Of a stretch of 64,000 bases of DNA, positions 9,246 through 19,990 are shown piece by piece (positions within the stretch are counted from its first letter, which is position 1; every line of letters begins with the position of its first letter). The position numbers were made by a program, and so were the translations under genes. This DNA comes from Sedimentisphaerales bacterium (GTDB taxonomy: Bacteria > Planctomycetota > Phycisphaerae > Sedimentisphaerales > SM23-30). The notes beneath the pieces were generated by a model, which was not told the DNA's origin, searched no databases, and saw only the letters and a program-made list of their open reading frames with translations. The DNA lies in assembly GCA_963663965.2 (NCBI GenBank), contig CAXXFK010000029.1, positions 32,001 to 96,000 of the forward strand, in the 5' to 3' direction.

Positions 9246-12200
9246 ATGATGATCAAGCAGAAAAACAGGAGATTTCGGGCAGTTTTAATGGGAATCTGTA
9301 TGGGTTTGGGATGGCTGGCGGGGTTCGTAACCTGGGATTCAACCGCTTTCGCCGACAGTGCGGCTGCCGGCCCGGCCCGGTATATTTATGTGGATGCCGC
9401 CAGTACCGGACTGAACAACGGCAGCAGCTGGACGGATGCCTTTACCAGCCTGCAGGATGGCCTGGTGTTTGCAACTCAAAATCCATCCATAGAAGAGATA
9501 CGCGTGGCCGGGGGCACCTATCGACCGGCCGAACCCGATGGCGATAAAAATCTTTCATTTTCGCTGATGAACGGGGTCAAAATCATGGGCGGTTTCGCCG
9601 GTGTATCCGGCAGCGATCCTTCAGAACGCAAACCCAATTTCTGGTTGACCATACTTAGCGGTGATCTCAACGGGAACGACGGCGATGATTTTACGAATAT
9701 CAACGACAACAGCCGCTGCGTGGTGACCGGCAGCAATACCAACAGCACCGCGGTGCTGGATGGATTCATCATCACCGGTGGAAAAGCGGAGATGGGCGCC
9801 GGCATGATCATTCAGAACGGCAACCCTACGCTGACCGAATGCATATTCAGCAAGAACTGGGCCGCCGCCGGGGCCGGCGGGCTTTATAGCCAGCAGAGCG
9901 ATCCGACCCTGGTCCGATGCCGTTTCGAGAATAATTTCTGCGGTTATACCGGCGGGGCCGGCATGCACAACGATGCGTCAAACCCTAGACTGTACGACTG
10001 CATTTTCATCAATAACGCCGTAGTATCGACCGGCCTGGGCGGCGGCATGTACAACGGTAACGGGAGCGAACCCATCCTTTATAACTGCTCCTTTATCAGC
10101 AATACCGCCGGGGTACAGGATGACACCGGCTCCAGCCAATTCAGCGGCGGGGGCGGGATGTTTAACCAAGGCAGTTCGCCAATCCTGGTGGGCTGTCTGT
10201 TCGACTCGAATATTACCGCCAATAACCGGGGCGGCGCGATCAATCACTACGATGGCGGCCACCTGACCCTGATTAACTGTACCTTCTGGAGCAACGCCTC
10301 ACTGAACAATCTGGGCGGCGGCCTGTACCTTTATACCGGCAGCTTGTCGGCCACGAATTGCATCTTCTGGAATAATCATGACGCCGCCGGTACCGGTCAG
10401 TCATCCCAGATCCTCAATATTACCGAGAACCTTGAAATTAATTACTGCTGCGTTCAGGGATGGGACAACACCCTGCCCGGCACAGGCAATATTGGAGCCG
10501 ATCCCCGGTTCATGAATCCGGCGGGCGCGGACAACATCATCGGCACCCTGGATGACAATCTGCGGATAGAACCGGGCTCACCGGCGGCCGACGCGGGCGA
10601 CTCAACGGCGGTACCGGCTGATCTGGCCGTCGATCTGGAGGGCGACGACCGGATTAAAGATGATCCGGCCGCGCCCGATACCGGCATTGCTCTCAATGGC
10701 TTGGTCGTGGATATGGGGATTTATGAAGGGCCCAAGCAGGGATTTGTGGTCAATAGCGAATCGCTGTCCGTAGCGGAAGGCGCCAGCCAGGCGTTAACCA
10801 TTACCCTGACGCAGCCGCCGACCGAAGAAATTACGGTGGTCGTTGCACTGATATCCAACGACCTCGACCTGCAAATCCAGAACGGACACACCTGGCAGGT
10901 GAATCCGGATAACTATAATCAGCCGCACGAGGTGGTCATCACCGCGGCGGAAGATGATGACAATATTACCGGCACCGGCCGGATCATGATCATGGCCCCG
11001 GAAATTCACACCCGTACGCTGGACATCATGGAACAAGAAAACGAACCGGAACCCGATGTTATCTTTGTCGACGCCAGCCCGTCCGGCGGGCAGAACGGCT
11101 GGAGCTGGGACAGCGCGTTTAACGATCTGCAGCACGCGCTGAACGCCGCCCGATCCAATCCATTTGCGAAAGAAATCCGGGTGGCCGGCGGCACTTATAA
11201 ACCGGCCGGGCCGGTCTCCGACCGGGACATCGCGTTTCGGCTCATCAAGGGTGTAGCCCTGCGGGGCGGCTATGCCGGTTATGGCGCGGCCAACCCTGAC
11301 GAACGGAACCCTGATAAATACCTCAGTATCCTTAGCGGCGACCTGAACGGCAACGACATGGACTATAGCGATCCCAGCCAATTGTTGTCCAATCTGGAGC
11401 GTGCCGACAACAGTATCCATGTCATTGTTGTCGATTTTCCTGACCGCTCCGGTGACCTGACCATCCTGGACGGCTTCACCATCGCCAACGGTAACGCCGA
11501 TGTCGAGTACGGCGATTATCGGGATTCCGGCCGGCGCGGCGGCGGACTTTATATGGACCTCTACGATCATGCATCGATTGTTATCCGCAACTGTATCTTC
11601 CGGAACAATACCGCCCTCTCCAAAGGTGGCGGCCTGTACAAAGATTACGATTACAACACCGTGACCTTCGAGCAATGCGATTTTATCAACAACGCCTGCG
11701 CCCATAACGGTGGCGGCGCGCAGGGCATCCGCCGGATGAGCCATTGCCGGTTCCTGAACAATTATGCCGGCGAAAACGGCGGCGGTTTATACCCAACCAA
11801 CGATGCGGACTGCGTCATCAGCAACTGTTTGTTCAGCGGCAATCGCAGCCATGGCGACGGTGGGGCCATTCACTTCGGCGATGATAACCACTTCTATCTT
11901 TATAACTGTACCCTTGCCGGCAACCGCGCCGGCGGACTGGGCGGCGGCGTCTATTACAGTTACAGTCTGGCGGACTTGCACAATACCATCCTGACCGACA
12001 ACACCGACTCCGCGGGCAGCGGTTTCGGCGCTCAGTATTACAACGCCAATGCTTATGGCCGGAATCTGTACCACTGCTGTATTACGGGCCTGGAACTTCC
12101 CGACTTCTACGGCAACATCCCCGGACCGGCCCGCTTTCTGGCCGGGGCCGGAGTAGACGGCCGCTGGGGCACGGCCGATGACGATATGCGGTTGGGTGAA

Positions 12201-15200
12201 TTTTCACCCTGCCTTGATGCCGGGACCAATTACTTTGTCCCCGAGGGCCTGAACAGCGACCTGGCCGGCCAGGCCCGGATCAGCAATCAGACCGTCGATA
12301 TCGGCGCTTATGAATTTCGCCGGCCGGAGGGATGGTATCCCTATCAGCTGGTTCTGCTGGACGGGCAGGAAGCCGATTCCAGCCGGGCGCGGGCCATAAA
12401 TGACAACGGCGTCATTGTCGGCTGGTCGTTCGATTATAACACCGGCGCGAAGCTGTTCGATTCATCCGGGGGTATGAACAATATCCACCTGGGTACGCTG
12501 GGCGGCCGCACCTCCGACGCCTATGGCCTGAACAACCTGAACCAGATTGTTGGGGTTTCCCAGACTGCGGATGAGGGTCATATCTACCATGCCACTTTGT
12601 TTGACGCAACCGGCGAGGACAATAATATCGACCTGGGCGGCTTGGGCGGCGACAGCAGCTATGCCTACGATATCAACGACTCCGGAACCATCGTCGGTAC
12701 TGCCATTATGGGCCAGGGCGCCATCAACTGGCGGGCCACGCTCTTTCAACCGGGTGGTGTCAATATCAATCTGGGCAACCTGACCGACAACAGCAACTTT
12801 CGAGACAGCGGCGCCCGAGCCATCAACAACCAAGGCCAGATCGTCGGCTGGGCTTATGCCGGTGAAACCACTATTACGACTCATGCGGTCCTGTTCGACG
12901 CAACCGGCAACGGCAACAATATCGACCTGACTCCGGGTAATAGCGGCAGCGAGGCATTTGACATCAATGACGACGGGCTGGTGGTCGGCACTTCGTGGAT
13001 CTGCAATGGAGCGACCCTGTTTGATACCAGCGGTGCGGGCCGCCATGTCGCCCTGGGCGCCCTGCCGGGCGGATCGGCCAGTGTCGCGACCGCCATCAAC
13101 AATCCGGGCCAGATTGTCGGCTCCTGCTTTATCCCTCATCCGGTAAACCCCGGTTACGATCCGGTTAGCCGGCCGGTCCTGTTCGACGCAACCGGTCATG
13201 GCCATAATATCGATCTGAACCAGTCGATCGATCCGGAACTGGGCTGGGAACTCTGGGAAGCCACTGACATTAACGATCAGGGCTGGATTGTCGGTCACGG
13301 TTATAATCCCGTCGGCGAATACCGGGCCTTTCTGCTGGTTCCCCAGCGAGAGATTCAGCAGCTGGTCGCTCATTGGAAACTAGATGAGACACAGGGGTCT
13401 ATCGCCCTCGATTCCGCGGGTAATCACGACGGTCTGCTGATCGGCGGGCCACAGTGGGAGCCTTGCGACAAACTGGCCGGTACGTTGTCATTTGACGGAG
13501 TGAATGATTATGTGGCCTGCGGCAACTCGAGTACTTATGACATAACCCTAGCCATTACCCTTACGGCCTGGATTCGCGCCGAGTCCTTTACCCGCAATTT
13601 CCAGGCGATTATCACCAAGGGCGACAGCGCCTGGCGACTCCAGCGCAACGGGGCCACCGATTGTCTGGTCTTCGGCTGCAGTGGCGTGGATGTCGCCGCC
13701 GAGCCCGGCTCGCCGTGGGGTTCACTGCGCGGCACGGTTCCGGTCAACGACGGACAGTGGCATCATGTCGCCTGTGTTTATGACGGTTCGATCATGTACC
13801 TGTATATCGATGGCCAGCTGGATGTTTCGAGCCCGGCCGCGGGAAAGATAAACACTAACGATTATCCCGTGCTGATCGGCGAAAACGCCCAGCAGCCCGG
13901 CCGCCATTGGAACGGTCAGCTCGCGGATGTACGCGTTTATAATTATCCATTGACCGCTCAGGAAATCGCACGCATTGGACGGTTCGCCACAACGATGTAT
14001 GTCGACGGCAGCGCCGCCGGCGACAACGACGGCTCCAACTGGCAGAACGCGTTTGTGTATTTAAAAGACGCGCTGGCGCTGGCGATTCCGGGCGATGAGA
14101 TCCGGGTTGCGCAAGGCACTTACCGCCCTGGCTACAGCCAATTTGGAAATAACCTGTCTCGGGAAGAATCGTTTGTGCTGGTCGACGGCATCGCGCTGAA
14201 AGGCGGTTATGCCGGCGGCCAGGCTTCCGACCCGGACGAGCGGGATTTTGCCCAATATCAAACCATCCTCAGCGGCGACCTGACCGATGACGACGACGGC
14301 GATCTGACCGATTATTCGCGACTGACCAACAGTTATCATGTCGTGACCGGCAGCGATACCGGGCCCGACACCCTGCTGGAAGGTTTTATCATTGTCGCCG
14401 GTTACGCCTACGAAAACAAAGCTACCCGCCACGACAACGGTGGCGGCTTGTACAATGACAACGCCTTCCTCACGATAAAAAGTTGCCGCTTTATCAACAA
14501 TCTGGCCGCCAACGAGGGCGGCGGCGGTGGCGGCGGCATATACAACCGCTATAGCGATCCGGTCATCATCGATTGCGAGTTTCTCCAGAACTTTTACCAT
14601 TACGCCGATGATGACGGGGGTGGAGCTATCTGCAATTACAAGAGTCATCCTGTCATCAGCGGTTGTCTGTTCAAGAAAAATCAGTCCAGCGGCCATGGGG
14701 GCGCCATCTATGATAAGAGCAGCCATCCGGTTATTACCGATTGCCAGTTTATCGACAACAGCGCCGCTCGCAGTGGCGGGGCAGTAAACTTTGAATATGA
14801 CACAACCACATTAGAACGCTGCCTGTTCCAGAATAATCAAGCCAATCAGGATGGCGGCGCGATTAATTGCGAACGGAGCTCTCTGACCCTGACCGATTGC
14901 GTCTTAAGCGGGAACTCGGCCCGATGGAGCGGAGGCGGTATCCAGTGCGATTACAAAGACCAGTTGCTGCTGACCCACTGCATTCTGGAAGGCAATCGGG
15001 CATCAATCTATTTTGGCGGAGGTTTGTATCAGTATCACGGTAACGCCAAACTGGTTAATTGCACCTGGTACGGCAACTCGTCCAATACCGGGGGCGGCAT
15101 TTATAACCGCGAGACCACCATGGATCTGCTGAATTGCATTTTATGGCAGAATTCAGCAGCCAGCGGCCCGGGACTCTACCTGGCCTTTTATGAAAATCCC

Positions 15201-15770
15201 TGTCCGGTTACCGTTGAATATTGCGATATTCAGGGCGGGCTGAGCGGTATTGAGGTCGAACCGGGCCGGGCGCTCATCTGGCAGCCGGGCAACCTCGATA
15301 TCGACCCGCTCTTTGTCAAACCGGGTTCACAGGGAGACGCATGCTGGATGTCCGGTGATTATCATCTGCAAAGCAACGGGTATTATTGGGATACCCTCAG
15401 CAAAACCTGGAAATACGGTGACTTTACCAGTCGCGCGATTGACGCCGGTCATCCCGGCATGCCGCTCGGTAAAGAACGGTTAACCATACCCAACGAGCCA
15501 TTCCGGCAACGTCTGTCCAATCTGCGCATCAATATGGGCGCCTACGGTGGTACAGACCAGGCTTCGGCGCCGCCCCATGACTGGGCTCTGGCCGCCGATG
15601 TCAATAACGATGGCATCGTCGATCTGGGGGACTTTACTGCCAGTGCTAATGAGTGGCTGGAAAGCAGCTCCCCCTCGACCGGCGATTTTAATCGCGATGG
15701 CCGCTTTGACCTGGATGACCTAGCCCAGTTCGTCAATCAATGGCTGGCACACACCAGTTGGTATCATTAA
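9246..15770 (+). CDS. Large secreted modular protein: three parallel beta-helix units with choice-of-anchor-Q-like ends, HAF-like repeats, LamG domain, C-terminal dockerin/EF-hand
   Basis: Three (Y/F)VD..G..(N/D)GxxW..AF..L..(A/G)L unit starts; GGG(A/L)Y repeats; VDMGIYE, VDIGAYE, INMGAYG; AINxxGQIVG repeats; HWKLDE..SFDGVNDY..WHHVA; ADVNNDGIVDLGDF. Confidence 0.85.
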   Translation: MMIKQKNRRFRAVLMGICMGLGWLAGFVTWDSTAFADSAAAGPARYIYVDAASTGLNNGSSWTDAFTSLQDGLVFATQNPSIEEIRVAGGTYRPAEPDGDKNLSFSLMNGVKIMGGFAGVSGSDPSERKPNFWLTILSGDLNGNDGDDFTNINDNSRCVVTGSNTNSTAVLDGFIITGGKAEMGAGMIIQNGNPTLTECIFSKNWAAAGAGGLYSQQSDPTLVRCRFENNFCGYTGGAGMHNDASNPRLYDCIFINNAVVSTGLGGGMYNGNGSEPILYNCSFISNTAGVQDDTGSSQFSGGGGMFNQGSSPILVGCLFDSNITANNRGGAINHYDGGHLTLINCTFWSNASLNNLGGGLYLYTGSLSATNCIFWNNHDAAGTGQSSQILNITENLEINYCCVQGWDNTLPGTGNIGADPRFMNPAGADNIIGTLDDNLRIEPGSPAADAGDSTAVPADLAVDLEGDDRIKDDPAAPDTGIALNGLVVDMGIYEGPKQGFVVNSESLSVAEGASQALTITLTQPPTEEITVVVALISNDLDLQIQNGHTWQVNPDNYNQPHEVVITAAEDDDNITGTGRIMIMAPEIHTRTLDIMEQENEPEPDVIFVDASPSGGQNGWSWDSAFNDLQHALNAARSNPFAKEIRVAGGTYKPAGPVSDRDIAFRLIKGVALRGGYAGYGAANPDERNPDKYLSILSGDLNGNDMDYSDPSQLLSNLERADNSIHVIVVDFPDRSGDLTILDGFTIANGNADVEYGDYRDSGRRGGGLYMDLYDHASIVIRNCIFRNNTALSKGGGLYKDYDYNTVTFEQCDFINNACAHNGGGAQGIRRMSHCRFLNNYAGENGGGLYPTNDADCVISNCLFSGNRSHGDGGAIHFGDDNHFYLYNCTLAGNRAGGLGGGVYYSYSLADLHNTILTDNTDSAGSGFGAQYYNANAYGRNLYHCCITGLELPDFYGNIPGPARFLAGAGVDGRWGTADDDMRLGEFSPCLDAGTNYFVPEGLNSDLAGQARISNQTVDIGAYEFRRPEGWYPYQLVLLDGQEADSSRARAINDNGVIVGWSFDYNTGAKLFDSSGGMNNIHLGTLGGRTSDAYGLNNLNQIVGVSQTADEGHIYHATLFDATGEDNNIDLGGLGGDSSYAYDINDSGTIVGTAIMGQGAINWRATLFQPGGVNINLGNLTDNSNFRDSGARAINNQGQIVGWAYAGETTITTHAVLFDATGNGNNIDLTPGNSGSEAFDINDDGLVVGTSWICNGATLFDTSGAGRHVALGALPGGSASVATAINNPGQIVGSCFIPHPVNPGYDPVSRPVLFDATGHGHNIDLNQSIDPELGWELWEATDINDQGWIVGHGYNPVGEYRAFLLVPQREIQQLVAHWKLDETQGSIALDSAGNHDGLLIGGPQWEPCDKLAGTLSFDGVNDYVACGNSSTYDITLAITLTAWIRAESFTRNFQAIITKGDSAWRLQRNGATDCLVFGCSGVDVAAEPGSPWGSLRGTVPVNDGQWHHVACVYDGSIMYLYIDGQLDVSSPAAGKINTNDYPVLIGENAQQPGRHWNGQLADVRVYNYPLTAQEIARIGRFATTMYVDGSAAGDNDGSNWQNAFVYLKDALALAIPGDEIRVAQGTYRPGYSQFGNNLSREESFVLVDGIALKGGYAGGQASDPDERDFAQYQTILSGDLTDDDDGDLTDYSRLTNSYHVVTGSDTGPDTLLEGFIIVAGYAYENKATRHDNGGGLYNDNAFLTIKSCRFINNLAANEGGGGGGGIYNRYSDPVIIDCEFLQNFYHYADDDGGGAICNYKSHPVISGCLFKKNQSSGHGGAIYDKSSHPVITDCQFIDNSAARSGGAVNFEYDTTTLERCLFQNNQANQDGGAINCERSSLTLTDCVLSGNSARWSGGGIQCDYKDQLLLTHCILEGNRASIYFGGGLYQYHGNAKLVNCTWYGNSSNTGGGIYNRETTMDLLNCILWQNSAASGPGLYLAFYENPCPVTVEYCDIQGGLSGIEVEPGRALIWQPGNLDIDPLFVKPGSQGDACWMSGDYHLQSNGYYWDTLSKTWKYGDFTSRAIDAGHPGMPLGKERLTIPNEPFRQRLSNLRINMGAYGGTDQASAPPHDWALAADVNNDGIVDLGDFTASANEWLESSSPSTGDFNRDGRFDLDDLAQFVNQWLAHTSWYH

Positions 15771-15950
15771 TCAAGGAGCCCTGTCCGATTTCTTGCCGGC
15801 TATCATGGGGGTATCCATGGGCCAATCCTTCTTCAAAAGGAGGAACTTCTCTGCCACAAGCTAATATCGCAGGGAATAATCTTGATATCATTTTAAGATT
15901 TAACGACAATGGCGATATGATTAATTGTGGCCAGTTAAAATAGAACCAAA

Positions 15951-16472
15951 ATGACTTCAAAGAAAATGTACCGATTTAGAATGCTGTTAGGCCTGGCGAT
16001 ACTGTTGGCCTGCGTTGGCTGTGATCAGGTTACCAAGACGGTTGCAACCCGGACGCTGGCGGGGCGGGAGGTGAAGTCATTTTGGGTGGATACGGTGCGG
16101 TTGGACTATGCGCTGAATCCCGGTGGGTTTCTCAGTCTAGGCAGCCAGATGCCGGATGACCTGCGGAAGTGGACATTTATCGCGATTAATTCAGGTCTGC
16201 TGCTGGGGCTGGGGGTGTTTCTCGGGTTGAAACGCAATTTGCCGTTTGCGTTGTTTGTGGCGCTGGTATTGATCCTGGCGGGTGGGATCGGTAATCTGAT
16301 TGACCGGTTGTGTCATGATGGGCTGGTTACGGATTTTATCAATATTGGTATCGGTCCGGTGCGGACTGGAATCTTTAATGTGGCGGATATGGCGATTATG
16401 GCCGGCGGTATTGCTTTGGTATGGCTGTCATTGAAACGGGATACGGGCAAACATGGCGATGTGAATTGTTAG
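15951..16472 (+). CDS. lspA: Lipoprotein signal peptidase II
   Basis: DQVTK, NPGGFLSL, GGIGNLIDR, VTDFI, IFNVAD catalytic motifs. Confidence 0.93.
   Translation: MTSKKMYRFRMLLGLAILLACVGCDQVTKTVATRTLAGREVKSFWVDTVRLDYALNPGGFLSLGSQMPDDLRKWTFIAINSGLLLGLGVFLGLKRNLPFALFVALVLILAGGIGNLIDRLCHDGLVTDFINIGIGPVRTGIFNVADMAIMAGGIALVWLSLKRDTGKHGDVNC
16392..16451 (+). repeat. Direct repeat copy 1 (lspA 3' region)
   Basis: 56/60 identical to 19399-19458. Confidence 0.92.
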
Positions 16473-16575
16473 CGAATGGTGTGGATCGATGCCGGGAGAG
16501 ATGGGGTGTAGCCGGTGGTCGTGGGATTGGTCCGTCTGAGGTACAATGGGAATAATGGAAATAATTGTAAGGAAA

Positions 16576-16685
16576 TTATACCCAACGGGTAAGGAAATAT
16601 CCGATCGCTGATAAGCAAAGTTTTTACGAGTAAAAGACTTATTACACGGCCCAGCGGGCATTTTCGGATGCAAATGGTATAAAAA
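16576..16685 (+). repeat. Dispersed ~105-nt non-coding element, copy A
   Basis: Ungapped alignment with copies B, C and D; 85/105 identical to copy C. Confidence 0.9.
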
Positions 16686-17077
16686 AGATTCCCCGGCAAA
16701 CTCAGCAGAATTCACCGGGGAATAGTGTTCTTGCATTACAAAGAGGTATATATAAAACTAATAATTATACACTATTTTGCCTGTTATTTGTTAGCGATAA
16801 TCTGCAAAACCGGGATCTTGAGGACGTGAGCAAGATAGCCATTCACTTGATACTTGATAAACAGGCAAAATCGAATTAATTATTAATACTATATTAAGAT
16901 ACTTATTGTTGCCATCCAGTTCCATGATTAAGCTCTTCATACTTGTTCACATTTTCATCCCTCTTTTTTAAACCGTTTTCAATTCTTCAAAGCTTATCCA
17001 GGTTCAATTCTGTCAGTAAGTTACGTTTGAATACGCCTCCTTTCATCCCTTGCATTTATATTGTTTTAATGGATTTC

Positions 17078-17911
17078 TTAATGAAATGCCTTTAAAGGAT
17101 CATACCACCGAACAGGCACTTCATCGCTTAGTGGTTCCGGTTGCTCAATGGGCGAGACATGTCCATCCAGCCATAGAGTGTTTGATTTACGCGCATGTCT
17201 GAAACAACATTCAACGGTATCAACACCTTCCCATCCTGTCATCCAAGACGGCATGGTCTCAGGACGCCATTGCGGCAAATTGTAGGTTTGGCCCGGCCCG
17301 ACACAAAACATATCGGAACTTAAACTATCTAGCCTCTGTTCGATATGATCCTGGGTAAAAATCGCTTCTGCCTGATGTGGCACCGAATCGATCACCTGCC
17401 CCTTATAGCTTGCGCCATCCCATTTACCATAGGATACACAGGGATTGAGACCATAAGAAGCAAACTGATAATGTGGCTGCATGCTGGGACCAAAAGGAGG
17501 ATTGTCCCCGTTTTCCCGCCAATCGTCGTTGAATTTATTACTGGGACAATCGAATAGTTCTTTGGTATAGACATAAATCCGATACGCGACACCCCAATAA
17601 GCTAATTTATCGTTAACGGTATATTCAATATATTCCGTTGCCGAACTATCCCATTTATTATCCCACAAGGCATAATTCGTTTGATAACCAGAGAATACTC
17701 TGCCATCATGATTATTTGTATAGACAAAGACCGCTTTGCCCAACCCGTTTAGATGAGTCATGCAGACAGAACTTCTAGCCTGTTCTCTGGCCTTACCCAA
17801 GGCCGGCATCAGAAGCGCTACCAGTAAAGCAATAATAGAAATAACAACCAATAATTCAATCAGGGTAAACCCGTGTGTTATACGACTTTGCGATACCATT
17901 CTATTTTTCAT
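17078..17911 (-). CDS. Prepilin-type N-terminal cleavage/methylation protein (DUF1559-like, H-X9-DG)
   Basis: [34 protein letters not shown]-terminal [15 protein letters not shown]; start may be 17911 or 17899. Confidence 0.92.
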   Translation of the reverse strand: MKNRMVSQSRITHGFTLIELLVVISIIALLVALLMPALGKAREQARSSVCMTHLNGLGKAVFVYTNNHDGRVFSGYQTNYALWDNKWDSSATEYIEYTVNDKLAYWGVAYRIYVYTKELFDCPSNKFNDDWRENGDNPPFGPSMQPHYQFASYGLNPCVSYGKWDGASYKGQVIDSVPHQAEAIFTQDHIEQRLDSLSSDMFCVGPGQTYNLPQWRPETMPSWMTGWEGVDTVECCFRHARKSNTLWLDGHVSPIEQPEPLSDEVPVRWYDPLKAFH

Positions 17912-18037
17912 ACATTCTTTCCATCTGTTAATAAAAAAAGACTTATTCTGGAACACGACATGCCTTGTTAGGCAGCTAAATAGGCTTGACCGGATAAACT
18001 TAATGCCGGCCCATTCTATCGATCAGTTTTAAACGGA

Positions 18038-18532
18038 CTAAATTTCCCTAGCGTTTTTTTGAGTTAAAATCAATTCCAGATTATCCGCTAATGTATCTGC
18101 AACACCAAGGCGCCTTTCAGATCGTCGCTTGTCGAGTCTGGAAATACAGCTTTTAATTGCTTTCAACCGCTCGTTATTACTATAATCATTCTTATCATGT
18201 GCCAGTGCGTATTCGGATACGATTTCCATTACTTCGCTATTAAATTGAACTTTAGCCCGCTTCTTACTTCTACGATAATTCAGAATAATATAACGGGCAC
18301 ATTGAATGCCCCAGGCAGAAAAACTGCTGCTTGGTTTGAATTCACCAAATTTTGTCCACATCAAAGAAACCGTTTTCTGAAAGATATCCTCCGCATCATG
18401 ATTGTTGGGTACCAGCATCAAAATAAAAGTAAATATCCGGCTCTGATTGGCAACAAACAATCGCAGGAATTGCTGGTAAATTTCGTGCATGCCTGAATTG
18501 GGGAAATGCTGATTGAATGATTCTGAATCCAT
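18038..18532 (-). pseudogene. ECF sigma-70 factor (planctomycete type), region 4 apparently truncated
   Basis: Region 2 intact (DAEDIFQKT..MW..F..FSAW..ARY..LNYRR); after AIKSCISRLDKRR only ~27 residues with no recognisable HTH. Confidence 0.65.
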
Positions 18533-19193
18533 GCTTGATGGTATATTTCTTTATATTTACGAAGTATTTGAAAAACTATATGCAGTTAACTTTCACATAA
18601 AGCCCTTGATTTATTTTATTAAGGGCATCTCTAATAATTCATTCCGGGCTGCAAGCGGGCACTCTATGTGCAGCGAGACAAGAATTTTCCTCTGGATTTC
18701 GTCACAAAAAACCGTGAATTCCGATGACTATCGGAATGCCCGGTTCTTTGTTCCTTGGCAGAGAAAAATCATCCTCGTTTTCGCCTCTAAAGCAATTATT
18801 AGAGGCACCCTTAAGTTTCATACGCAACGAATTAACTATGGTTACCTGATATAATAATGTACATGAATCGAGAAATTAGTAATATAAAATAATAAACACG
18901 ATCCTATCCTGAAGGCAACGGAGAATTACAAAGAACCAAAATATTTTGAAATATACCAGACAAAACGCAGGAATGCCTGTTTTATAGATACTGGACCGGA
19001 AGCAGAAAGCGATAAATCTTGGGTGATGGAATAAAACAACATTACGGCTGGGCCAACCAAAGTTGCTTGCCCATATGAATCCAATCCGGCTATCTTGCGT
19101 TTCTGTTCAAATTTTGACCGCAGTGGTATTTGAATCCAACGGTTTTTGATTTTTGAATGTGACTAAATAGGAACGAAGGGTATTAAAGATAGA

Positions 19194-19303
19194 CTATCCC
19201 CATCGGGTATGGAAAAGTCTGATCGCTTGATAGTTAAGTATTTACTCAAAAAAGACTTGCTTCACGGTCCGGCGAGCATTTTCAATTGAAAATGGTATAA
19301 AAA
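19194..19303 (+). repeat. Dispersed element, copy B
   Basis: 110-nt ungapped alignment to copy A; shared CGGGTA, GATCGCT, AAGACTT, CACGG, GCATTTTC, AAATGGTATAAAAA. Confidence 0.9.
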
Positions 19304-19398
19304 CTGGAAATAAAGGGACCTGATATTGGATAGATATTCTGATCATATGCAAAAGGATTTTATTTGATAGCCAAGAAATCAGTTTTCATTCGGATAAA

Positions 19399-19497
19399 GC
19401 GATTATGGCCGGCGGTATTGCTTTGGTCTGGTTGTCATTGAAATGGAATACGGGCAAATCAGGGGATCCCTGCGAGGAGCCGAATGATGGGGAGTAA
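19399..19497 (+). pseudogene. Displaced second lspA 3' end (direct repeat copy 2)
   Basis: Reads AIMAGGIALVWLSLKWNTGKSGDPCEEPNDGE*, versus lspA AIMAGGIALVWLSLKRDTGKHGDVNC*. Confidence 0.85.
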
Positions 19498-19840
19498 CAC
19501 TGGAAAAAAGGTCGAAGCTGACTGAGGAAGTGGATTGATAATGGTATTCATCGAGCAGTTGAAACCTTGTTTGCTGGCATGAAGCAAGACGCGAAGTAAC
19601 GCATCTCAACCAGGGGCCAAAGGGGGAGTTTTGACTGTCTCTGTTGGAAATTAACGATAACATCCCAAAACCGGTACAGGTAGGTTAGTTCAACTAACGG
19701 TCACATGTTAAATGCAGGTCGCGAGTTACATTTTGCCGGAGTGATGGGGGAATCTGATGATATTGTTGGTGCAATTCGGCAGGGGGGGTATTATAATGAA
19801 GCTTTGAAGTCAGTGACTGCTGCTGATACTTTTTGAAGTA

Positions 19841-19945
19841 ATACCATAAACAATTGATAATGCCCGCTGAGCCGTGAAATAAGTCTTTTTCGAATAGAAA
19901 CTTAGCTTACGAGCGATCGGACATTTCCTTACCCGACGGGTATAA
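19841..19945 (-). repeat. Dispersed element, copy C (inverted)
   Basis: Reverse complement TTATACCCGTCGGGTAAGGAAATGTCCGATCGCT...ATGGTAT aligns ungapped with copy A. Confidence 0.9.
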
Positions 19946-19990
19946 CCTGCGCACAGCTTGGGCGCGGTTGAGATATGTTTGATCCCTCCT

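Noticed and set aside
10794..14726. Long antisense ORFs (and similar ones elsewhere, e.g. 7284-8087, 23263-24075, 34975-35775)
   Set aside because: Shadow frames of well-supported high-GC genes with no motifs of their own
18900..19140. Possible transposase remnant (GSRKR*ILGDG)
   Set aside because: Resemblance too short; no terminal inverted repeats seen; needs BLASTX
16392..19458. Duplicated segments as DGR template/variable repeats
   Set aside because: Mismatches are not adenine-specific and no reverse transcriptase is present
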